From Candidatus Aminicenantes bacterium (GTDB lineage Bacteria; Acidobacteriota; Aminicenantia; Aminicenantales; UBA4085), in assembly GCA_022866045.1 (NCBI GenBank), contig JALHTW010000126.1, positions 5,104 through 69,103 of the forward strand: 64,000 nucleotides of DNA, given 5' to 3'. Every line of letters begins with the position of its first letter. Position 1 is the first letter of the stretch. A model generated the notes under the pieces. The model had not been told where the DNA came from. It was given only the letters and a program-made list of their open reading frames with translations, and ran no database searches. Below are positions 56,456 through 64,000 of this stretch, one piece after another. Made by a program: the position numbers and the translations under genes.

Positions 56456-57286
56456 TTATGACAATCCTTGCCCCCCGGCTTTGGCCAGTCGTACGGTACT
56501 CCAGAAGGAATGTTTCGGCGGCAGTCGGTCTATGCCTCTGGCCCCAGCGGTGATGTCCGTGGATCGACCGAGGTCTGTTTCGTTGGAGATATTCGACTGT
56601 TCTCCCCGGGCTTTAGCGATCGCCTTTCTCTGCTCCTCGGTCGGCCCGCCCCATTCAAAGCCGATCGTCACCGCCGCTCCGGGCTGAGCGCCGATGCCCG
56701 CGGCATTGTCTTGGACGCGATTCAAGGGGACGGCGAATTCATAGACGAGCGATTTTTGCGGGGAGGCATATTTGAACATGGCCGGCAGGACGCCAGGAGG
56801 GACGGGAGATAATCCGGTTTTTTTGGTCACGACTTCGGATGCGTAATAACTATAAAAGGGCTTGGAGCGTATCTGGGCCTTCTGGTCCTCGGAGACGGCG
56901 CTATCCTTTTCCAGCAGGGCGATGAATTCTTCGGCCGTGATCCGTTTCCTCAGGAAATGAATACCATAATTTTTATTTCTGTTCCCTTCGGTGTCGACAT
57001 AAAGCGTGATCCCCACGTCTTCGATCGTGCTCCGGAGTTTCGAGTCTTTGATGATGAACAGGACATACAGCTTTTGGGCGTCATTGCGGAAGGCATATTG
57101 GATTCCTCCTTTTTCCCATTCGGCGAGCGCCGCCCCTTCCCATTCATTCGCCGCTCCGTCGAGCTTGGGGGGTTGGTTCGTCCAGACGCTTTCTGTCGTC
57201 TTGTCCTCCGCGGCCCGACCGGAGATTGCCGGCAGAATCGCCAGGGCCAAAACCATGCTCAGAATTAAAAAAGACATCTTTTTCAT
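56456..57286 (-). CDS. Secreted hypothetical protein
   Basis: Signal peptide MKKMSFLILSMVLALAILPAISGRAAED. No recognisable domain. ATG at 57286. Confidence 0.45.
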   Translation of the reverse strand: MKKMSFLILSMVLALAILPAISGRAAEDKTTESVWTNQPPKLDGAANEWEGAALAEWEKGGIQYAFRNDAQKLYVLFIIKDSKLRSTIEDVGITLYVDTEGNRNKNYGIHFLRKRITAEEFIALLEKDSAVSEDQKAQIRSKPFYSYYASEVVTKKTGLSPVPPGVLPAMFKYASPQKSLVYEFAVPLNRVQDNAAGIGAQPGAAVTIGFEWGGPTEEQRKAIAKARGEQSNISNETDLGRSTDITAGARGIDRLPPKHSFWSTVRLAKAGGQGLS

Positions 57287-57411
57287 TCTCATTAAACTTC
57301 TCCTCGCGCCTCTTAAAAACCTCATTGTTTAAGTATGAAGAATCCCATCCCAAAAATCAACTCCCCTCACGTCATGACGCGGTTTCTCAGATAAAATGAT
57401 TGCCACCCCCC

Positions 57412-57439
57412 AAAAAATCCCCGGCTGTGATTGCAGCCG
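57412..57439 (-). terminator. Possible intrinsic terminator downstream of rho
   Basis: 6-bp stem cggctg/cagccg with a 6-nt loop. On the minus strand it is followed by GGGATTTTTT (plus strand aaaaaa at 57412-57417). Confidence 0.3.
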
Positions 57440-57504
57440 ATCTTAGAAAAAAAAGCCGTTCGGACCTACCTTGGTGCGAGCCCAAGCAGCCTTCGAACCG
57501 GGGA

Positions 57505-58806
57505 TTACAGTCCTTTACTCATCGCGTTGAGGAAGTCAGAGTTCGTCTTCGTCCTTCCCAGTTTATCGATCAGCAGCTCCATGGCCTCGACTTCCGAAAG
57601 CTGGCTGAGGACCTTCCGCAGGATCCAGATCCGGTTGAGGTCGTTCTCCTCGATCAGCAGTTCCTCTTTTCTCGTCGCGGACCGGTTGATATCCATGGCC
57701 GGGAAGGTGCGCTTATCCACGAGCCGGCGGTCAAGGTTGATCTCCATGTTGCCCGTTCCCTTGAACTCTTCGAAAATGACTTCATCCATCCGGCTCCCGG
57801 TGTCGATCAGGGCCGTGGCGATGATGGTCAAGCTTCCGCCTTCCTCAATTTTCCGTGCTGAGCCGAAGAACTTCTTGGGCTTGTTCAAGGCGTTGGCATC
57901 GATACCGCCCGAAAGGACTTTACCCGACGGAGGAATGATGGCGTTGTGCGCCCGGGCGAGGCGGGTGATGCTGTCGAGCAGGATGACGACGTCTCGCTTG
58001 CTCTCGACGAGACGCTTGGCCTTTTCAAGAGCGATGTTGGCGACCTGCGCATTTCGCCCCGGCGGCTCGTCGAAGGTCGACGCGACAACTTCGCCGCTGA
58101 CGCTGCGCTGGAAGTCCGTCACCTCTTCGGGCCGTTCGGCGACGAGAAGGACGATCAGGAAGATCTCAGGGTGGTTCTTCTCGATGGATTTGGCGATGGT
58201 CTTGAGGAGGGTCGTTTTTCCGGCGCGCGGAGGCGAAACAATCAGCCCTCTCTGGCCTTTGCCGATCGGAGTCATCAGCTCCATGATCCGGGCGTTGAGG
58301 TTCTTGGGATTGCCGTCCTGGAGCTTGATCATCTCGTTAGGGTAAATAGGCGTCAACTTCTCGAAATGGATGTTCCGGCGTTGGTCGATGCAGATGTCCG
58401 GTTCCATGAAATTGATGGCTTCGATCTTGATCAGGGCGAAATATTTTTCGCCGTTCTTGGGCGGCCGGACGATGCCCGAGATCGTGTCGCCCGTCCGGAG
58501 CTGGAACTTCCGGATCTGGGACGGGGACACATAGATATCATCCTGGCTGGGCAGATAGCTGAATTCCGGCGCGCGGAGAAAGCCGAAGCCGTCCTCCAGG
58601 CACTCGAGGACGCCCTCCGAGAATAGCAGTCCTTGTTTTTTTGCCTGGGCTTCCAGGATTTTAAAAGTCAGGTTGTGTTTATTGTCTTTTTCTAGCTCTT
58701 CGTCAGGAATGCCGATCTGTTCGGAGATCTTGAGCAGCTCCTTCGTCTCCTTGCCTTCAAGGTCGATCAGGCTGAACTCTTTCAATTCTTTCGTTTCTCT
58801 CGTCAT
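57505..58806 (-). CDS. rho: Transcription termination factor Rho
   Basis: Near full-length match to Rho as I recall it: GFGFLR, YVSPSQIRKFQLRTGD, Walker A PPRAGKTTLL, and C-terminal TGSRMDEVIFEEFKGTGNME. Confidence 0.95.
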   Translation of the reverse strand: MTRETKELKEFSLIDLEGKETKELLKISEQIGIPDEELEKDNKHNLTFKILEAQAKKQGLLFSEGVLECLEDGFGFLRAPEFSYLPSQDDIYVSPSQIRKFQLRTGDTISGIVRPPKNGEKYFALIKIEAINFMEPDICIDQRRNIHFEKLTPIYPNEMIKLQDGNPKNLNARIMELMTPIGKGQRGLIVSPPRAGKTTLLKTIAKSIEKNHPEIFLIVLLVAERPEEVTDFQRSVSGEVVASTFDEPPGRNAQVANIALEKAKRLVESKRDVVILLDSITRLARAHNAIIPPSGKVLSGGIDANALNKPKKFFGSARKIEEGGSLTIIATALIDTGSRMDEVIFEEFKGTGNMEINLDRRLVDKRTFPAMDINRSATRKEELLIEENDLNRIWILRKVLSQLSEVEAMELLIDKLGRTKTNSDFLNAMSKGL

Positions 58807-58819
58807 GGTTTACCTCTCA

Positions 58820-61267
58820 TTAGTGCGTTAAAGGGGGTTCTTTTGGGGTTTCGCTCCCCTCCCCTTCCCGGGTCGGGATTTCTTCAAGGACCTCTTCCTT
58901 GGCCTTCTTTCTTCGTCCGATTTTTAGGGGAAGTTCCTTGGTCAAGACGATCTTCAGGACTTCCTCCATATTTTCCACCAAATGGATCTTCATGTCGTGT
59001 AGGACGTTCTTCGGAAGGTCTTTAAGGTCAGGCCTGTTATCGAGGGGCAGGATCGCTTCCCGGATGCCTTCGCGATGGGCGGCGATCAATTTCTCTTTAA
59101 TACCGCCGACCGGAAGCACCTTGCCTCGGAGCGTGATCTCGCCGCTCATGGCCACCTTCTTGCTCACCGGGATCTCCGTGAGCAGCGACAGGATGGCGAT
59201 GGCGAACGGGATCCCGGCCGAAGGTCCTTCCTTGGGCGTCGAGCCCTCAGGCACATGGACGTGGATGTCGAAATTCTTCGTGACATCCTTGGCGACATTA
59301 AGCTCGAAGATCTTGGCCCGAACGTAGCTGAACGCCGCCTGGGCCGATTCCTGCATGACTTCTCCGAGCTGTCCGGTCAGGGTGAAATTACCCTTGCCGT
59401 GGACCTTGTTAGCCTCAAACGTCAGCAGCTCGCCGCCGAATTCCGTCCAGGCCATGCCGATGGCCACGCCGATTTCGTCCTCTTTATCGATCTCTGAGCG
59501 CCGGAATTTGGGAACGCCGAGGTGCGCTTCAAGGTTCTTGAGCGTCACTTTCTCTTTGTAGTCCCTGCCCTTCATGACGACCTTTTTAACGACCTTACGG
59601 CAGATCGAAGTGATCTCGCGCTCCAGGCTCCGTACGCCGGCCTCCCGCGTGTACTCGTTGATGAGCTTCACAATAGCCTTGTCCGAGATCTCCAGGTTCT
59701 TGTTCAAAAGCCCGTGGATTTTCAGCTGTTTCAGCCATAGGAACCGCTTGGCGATCTGGAGTTTCTCATCCTCGGTGTAGCCGGGGAGTCGGATGATCTC
59801 CATGCGGTCCACGAGCGGCCGCGGGATGGGCTCGAGCAGGTTGGCCGTCACGATGAACATGACCTGGGATAGGTCGAAGTCCGTGTCGATATAATGGTCG
59901 AGGAACGTGCTGTTCTGCTCGGGATCGAGAACTTCCATGAGCGCCGAGGCTGGGTCGCCCCGGAAATCCATGCTCATCTTGTCCACTTCATCCAAAAGGA
60001 AGACAGGATTCTTTGTCCCCGCCCGTTTGATCATTTGAATGATCCGGCCCGGGTAGGAGCCGATGTACGTCCGGCGGTGGCCCCGGATCTCGGCCTCATC
60101 GCGAACGCCGCCCAACGACAGGCGGACGAATTTCCGGCCCGTGGCCCGCGCAATCGACCGCCCCAGGGAGCTTTTCCCCACGCCGGGCGGGCCGATCAGG
60201 CCCAGGATGACGCCTTTGGGATTTTTAACGAGCTGCCGGATGGACAGGAATTCAAGGATACGCTCCTTGACCTTTTCCAATCCATAGTGGTCTTCATTGA
60301 GGATCTTTTCAGCTTCCTTGAGGTTGCGTTTTTCGCGGGATTTTTTGTTCCAGGGCAACGACAGCAGCCAGTCCAGGTAGTTCCGGCAGACCGTGGCTTC
60401 AGCCGACATGGGCGGCATGGTCTCGAGCCGCTCAATCTCCTTCCGGGATTTCTCGTCCGCGTCAGGCGGCATCTTGGCCGCGGCCACTTTTTTCTTAAGC
60501 TCTTCGAGCTCGCCGGCCTGGTCGTCTTTTCGCTGGCCGGGTGTTCCCGCCGGGGTGAATATATTCGGCCCGCCTTCCCGGGCAAACGGGACCTTGCGCC
60601 GGTTCAGAGCCTTTCCATCTTTACGGAGGTTCGTCTGGATTTTATAAAGCTCATTTTCAAGGAGGAAATTGAGGCGGCGGATCCGTTCTCGGCTGTTGAC
60701 CGTCTCGAGCAGATTCTGTTTCTCTTCGAGCGGGAGATAGAGGTGAGACGAGATGATGTCCGCAATGCGGTCGGGCGTGTGATCGCGGAGCGCCGGGATG
60801 ATAGATTGAAAATTCGTGTTCTGGCTGAGCTTGAGATAGTCCTCGAAAAGGACGAGCACATGCTTCAGCTCTTCCTGGGTCTCCTTCGCCGGCTCCTCCA
60901 AGATCTTGATCTCCTTGGCCAGGACCTGATAGAAAGGATAAGAGCTGACGAATTCCAGGATCCGGGCCCGCCTCTTCCCCTCGACGATGACTTTGACGTT
61001 TTTCTCGTCCATCTGGACGGTCCGGATGACCTTGGCCGTGATGCCCATGGAATAGATGTCTTTGGGGCTCGGGTTATCGAGCGAAGCGTCCATCTGGGCC
61101 GAGAGCATGATGAGGTTGTTGGCCCCGGCCGCTTTTTCAAGCGCCTGGATCGACGACGCCCGGCCGATAATGAAGGGCACCAGGGTCGAAGGAAAAACGA
61201 CGAGGTCTCTGAGCGGGATAAGGGGGACGTTCTTCAGAATCTCATAATGTTCGCCTGAATTTTCCAT
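58820..61267 (-). CDS. lon: ATP-dependent Lon protease
   Basis: LON N-domain, AAA+ GPPGVGKSS, and S16 protease domain PKEGPSAGIPFAIAILS. ATG at 61267 two nt after the clpX stop; the ORF-track start at 61273 is GTG. Confidence 0.95.
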   Translation of the reverse strand: MENSGEHYEILKNVPLIPLRDLVVFPSTLVPFIIGRASSIQALEKAAGANNLIMLSAQMDASLDNPSPKDIYSMGITAKVIRTVQMDEKNVKVIVEGKRRARILEFVSSYPFYQVLAKEIKILEEPAKETQEELKHVLVLFEDYLKLSQNTNFQSIIPALRDHTPDRIADIISSHLYLPLEEKQNLLETVNSRERIRRLNFLLENELYKIQTNLRKDGKALNRRKVPFAREGGPNIFTPAGTPGQRKDDQAGELEELKKKVAAAKMPPDADEKSRKEIERLETMPPMSAEATVCRNYLDWLLSLPWNKKSREKRNLKEAEKILNEDHYGLEKVKERILEFLSIRQLVKNPKGVILGLIGPPGVGKSSLGRSIARATGRKFVRLSLGGVRDEAEIRGHRRTYIGSYPGRIIQMIKRAGTKNPVFLLDEVDKMSMDFRGDPASALMEVLDPEQNSTFLDHYIDTDFDLSQVMFIVTANLLEPIPRPLVDRMEIIRLPGYTEDEKLQIAKRFLWLKQLKIHGLLNKNLEISDKAIVKLINEYTREAGVRSLEREITSICRKVVKKVVMKGRDYKEKVTLKNLEAHLGVPKFRRSEIDKEDEIGVAIGMAWTEFGGELLTFEANKVHGKGNFTLTGQLGEVMQESAQAAFSYVRAKIFELNVAKDVTKNFDIHVHVPEGSTPKEGPSAGIPFAIAILSLLTEIPVSKKVAMSGEITLRGKVLPVGGIKEKLIAAHREGIREAILPLDNRPDLKDLPKNVLHDMKIHLVENMEEVLKIVLTKELPLKIGRRKKAKEEVLEEIPTREGEGSETPKEPPLTH

Positions 61268-61269
61268 GG

Positions 61270-62526
61270 TCACACTCCGATGGCTTGCTTGATCCGGTCG
61301 AAGCTCAGCTCCTTCTCTTCTACCATCCGCTTCGTAATCCGAATCTTGGCTGTTTTCTTGGAAGATGGCAGATAGAACATGATGTCGAGCATGAGGTCCT
61401 CGATGATCGTCCGGAGCCCGCGGGCGCCGAGCTTGCGCTCGAGCGACTTCTGAGCGATGGCCCGTAGGGCTTCTTCCGAGAACTCCAGCCCGACGCCTTC
61501 CATTTCGAAGAGCTTTTGATATTGCTTGATAATGGCGTTCTTGGGTTTCTTCAGGATGTCCACGAGGTCGTTGACGCCGAGCTCGGTGAACGTTGCCACA
61601 ATCGGGATCCGGCCGATGAGCTCGGGGATGAGGCCGTATTTGATCAAGTCCTGCGGGATGAGCTCGCTTAAGAGTTCGGCCGTCACATCCGGCTTTTTCA
61701 GTTTCATCTCAGATTTAAAGCCGACGACCGATTTTCCCATTCTCTGGGCGATGATCCGGTCGAGCCCGACGAAGGCTCCCCCGCAGATGAAGAGGATGTC
61801 CGTCGTGTCGACGGGGATGAACTCCTGATAGGGATGTTTGCGACCGCCCTGGGGCGGGATGTTGGCCACAGTCCCCTCGATGATCTTGAGGAGCGCCTGC
61901 TGGACGCCCTCACCCGAAACGTCTCGGGTGAGGGAGGGGCTGTCGCCCTTTCGACTGATCTTGTCAATCTCATCGATGTAGACGATGCCTTTCTGCGCCT
62001 TGGAAATGTTTCCCTTGGCCGCCTGGAAGAGCTTCAGGACGACATTCTCGACGTCCTCCCCGACATAGCCAGCTTCGGTCAGCGTCGTGGCGTCGGCGAT
62101 GGAGAACGGCACGGACAGGATCTTGGCCAGGATTTGGGCCATGAGCGTCTTCCCCGTCCCGGTCGGCCCGATGAGCAAGATGTTGCTCTTAGCGATCTCG
62201 ACATCCGAGCTCACCCGGGGCATGGTGATCCTTTTGTAATGGTTGTAAACGGCCACGGAGATCTTTTTCTTTGCTATCTCCTGGCCGACGATATATTCGT
62301 CCAAGGCGTCTTTGATCTCGCTCGGCGTCGGAAAGCCGCCCACCGTCTTCGTTTCGTCCTCTTTCACCCTGTCCGAAAGGACCATGGAATGGGCGACCTC
62401 GATGCAATTGTCGCAGATGAAGATGCCGCCCGGACCGGCGATCAATTTCTTGACCTGGGTCTGGTTGCGGTTGCAGAAGTTGCACTTGACCAGCGTGTTC
62501 ATCTTATGTTGGGTACCGTCATCCAT
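61270..62526 (-). CDS. clpX: ATP-dependent Clp protease ATP-binding subunit ClpX
   Basis: C4 zinc finger CNFCNRNQ...CDNC. AAA+ Walker A GPTGTGKT. Confidence 0.95.
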   Translation of the reverse strand: MDDGTQHKMNTLVKCNFCNRNQTQVKKLIAGPGGIFICDNCIEVAHSMVLSDRVKEDETKTVGGFPTPSEIKDALDEYIVGQEIAKKKISVAVYNHYKRITMPRVSSDVEIAKSNILLIGPTGTGKTLMAQILAKILSVPFSIADATTLTEAGYVGEDVENVVLKLFQAAKGNISKAQKGIVYIDEIDKISRKGDSPSLTRDVSGEGVQQALLKIIEGTVANIPPQGGRKHPYQEFIPVDTTDILFICGGAFVGLDRIIAQRMGKSVVGFKSEMKLKKPDVTAELLSELIPQDLIKYGLIPELIGRIPIVATFTELGVNDLVDILKKPKNAIIKQYQKLFEMEGVGLEFSEEALRAIAQKSLERKLGARGLRTIIEDLMLDIMFYLPSSKKTAKIRITKRMVEEKELSFDRIKQAIGV

Positions 62527-62581
62527 GTTATTTCTGTTCTTTTCAGCCCGGCCTTAAAGGCGCGGAACTACGCCCCGGATC

Positions 62582-63178
62582 TTATTTCTTGGCCTGGGTC
62601 CTCGCCGTAATGATCTGGTCGATCAGACCGTAGTCCTTCGCCTGGATTGCGGTCATGATGAAATCCCGCTCGATGTCAGCCTGGATTTTGGTCCTTGGCT
62701 GGCGCGTGTGTTTGACCAGGATGTGATAAATATTTTCCCTGATCCGGAGGATCTCTTTGGCCTGGATGGCGATGTCCGACGCCTGGCCCTGGTATCCCCC
62801 GGAGGGCTGATGGAGAATGATCCGGGAATTGGGCAGAGATATCCGTTTTCCTGGGGTGCCTGCGGCCAGCAGCACGGCGGCCATGCTGGCGGCCTGGCCC
62901 ACGCAGATGGTAGATATATCATTGTTTATGAATTGCATGGTGTCGTAGATTGCGAGACCTGCGGTAATGCTTCCGCCGGGCGAATTGATATAGAGCGAGA
63001 CCTCTTTTTCCGGGTTCTCGGCCTCCAGGTAAAGAAGCTGGGCCGTGACCAGATTGGCCAAATCATCGTTAATCTCCGTCCCGAGGAAAATGATATTGTC
63101 CTTAAGCAGCCTCGAATAAATGTCATAGGCGCGTTCTGTTCTTCCGTCCTGTTCGACAACGAAGGGGATTAAAGTCAT
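62582..63178 (-). CDS. clpP: ATP-dependent Clp protease proteolytic subunit ClpP
   Basis: 198 aa. Active-site context [14 protein letters not shown] with catalytic Ser, plus the His-containing block. Confidence 0.95.
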   Translation of the reverse strand: MTLIPFVVEQDGRTERAYDIYSRLLKDNIIFLGTEINDDLANLVTAQLLYLEAENPEKEVSLYINSPGGSITAGLAIYDTMQFINNDISTICVGQAASMAAVLLAAGTPGKRISLPNSRIILHQPSGGYQGQASDIAIQAKEILRIRENIYHILVKHTRQPRTKIQADIERDFIMTAIQAKDYGLIDQIITARTQAKK

Positions 63179-63197
63179 GGGAATAATAACGGTCAGG

Positions 63198-64000
63198 TTA
63201 TTCTATTATAGCCTCTTCGACCAAAAAGTCAATGGTCTTCCTCATAAGAAGGTTCGTTTTCAGGTTCTCTCGGCGGTCCTCCTGGTTGAAAGTCTCGATT
63301 GCCCGGCCCAGAGGGATGTTGTTCTTCCGGGCCAAAGCTTTAATCTCCTGATCCACTTCGGCGTCAGCGACCTTGAGGCCTTCGGCTTCGGCGATCTTTC
63401 GGAGGATCAAGTGACGCTTGAGGTTGGCCTCGGCCTGTATCCTGGCGCTTCCCTGGAGCGCCTCCACCATCTCCTTGGTCAGATTCTGCTGGGGAGGAGC
63501 GGACGACAGCATGTTTTTCAATACGGCCTCGGCTTCGTCCTCGACAACGCTGGCTGGAAGCTCGATCGAGGAGCGGTCCAAGATCTGTTTGAGGATCTCT
63601 TCGGCCGTCTCGTGCCGTCCGGCCAGCTCCCGCGCGGTCTGGATCTCCTGCCGGATCTTATCTCGGAGCCCGGCCAGGTTCTCGAATTCGCCGTGCGTTT
63701 TGGCGAAATCGTCATCGAGCTCGGGCAGGCGCTTTTCCTTAATCGAATTCACTTTAAGCCGGTATTCGATATTTTTACCGGCCAGCTTCTTGTTCTTGTG
63801 ATCGGCGGGATAGGAATAAGCGAAGGTCTTTTCTTCTCCGGGCTTGAGACCGGCCAGATTCTCGTTGATGGCAGAGTCGTTACCTTCATGGCCGGCGAGA
63901 ACGACGACTTTTTCGGCGGGCATGAGGCGCTTCGTCTTCTGATCTTTGCCTTGAAGCTCGATAACGACATAATCGCCGTTAGCCACTCCCCTGTTTTCGA
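63198..64000 (-). CDS. tig: Trigger factor, C-terminal part (gene continues past window end)
   Basis: Stop at 63198. The C-terminal chaperone domain sits upstream of clpP-clpX-lon, the classic tig-clpP-clpX-lon order. The reading frame is open to position 64000. Confidence 0.8.
   Translation of the reverse strand, partial: ENRGVANGDYVVIELQGKDQKTKRLMPAEKVVVLAGHEGNDSAINENLAGLKPGEEKTFAYSYPADHKNKKLAGKNIEYRLKVNSIKEKRLPELDDDFAKTHGEFENLAGLRDKIRQEIQTARELAGRHETAEEILKQILDRSSIELPASVVEDEAEAVLKNMLSSAPPQQNLTKEMVEALQGSARIQAEANLKRHLILRKIAEAEGLKVADAEVDQEIKALARKNNIPLGRAIETFNQEDRRENLKTNLLMRKTIDFLVEEAIIE

Noticed and set aside
1-64000. CRISPR arrays, rRNA, tRNA, tmRNA, IS/transposase or integrase genes
   Set aside because: No spaced direct repeats, no tRNA-like T-arm motifs (GGTTCGAATCC-type) and no transposase/integrase-like ORFs were seen in any intergenic region. 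The low-GC island lacks recognisable mobility genes.

Overview
High-GC (~60%) bacterial chromosomal segment with about 55 genes and no rRNA, tRNA or CRISPR detected. The ends are conserved housekeeping genes: rimO (partial) and asnS at the 5' end; rho-lon-clpX-clpP-tig (partial) at the 3' end. Between them lie:
- a serC/serA-like pair, a NifS-like cysteine desulfurase and a MmuM/BHMT-type homocysteine methyltransferase;
- a secreted hydrolase cluster: four consecutive signal-peptide amidohydrolases (two lacking the HxH metal motif), a Tat-exported glycosylasparaginase, an M20 peptidase and two tandem paralogous 430-aa secreted beta-rich proteins;
- a ComA-like phosphosulfolactate synthase next to an HprK-like P-loop kinase;
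- an archaeal-style purine module (PurO plus AICARFT-only PurH) followed by a stand-alone LigD phosphoesterase domain;
- a glycogen locus (two GH57 enzymes, glgC, a GAF histidine kinase/response regulator pair, two outer-membrane beta-barrels, glgA);
- a translationally coupled five-gene operon with the parts of a non-pyrrolysine MttB-superfamily corrinoid methyltransferase system (APC permease, RamA reductive activase, corrinoid protein, MttB-family methyltransferase, stand-alone MetH-activation-domain homologue). It lacks the usual methylcorrinoid:THF methyltransferase and is the strongest candidate for an undescribed system;
- a ~3.8 kb low-GC island carrying parA/parB and an NTF2-like gene, flanked by AT-rich non-coding DNA with a perfect 18-bp palindrome and a nested hairpin/terminator-like element.
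The ORF track frequently reports TTG/GTG as M, so several starts were re-assigned to in-frame ATGs.
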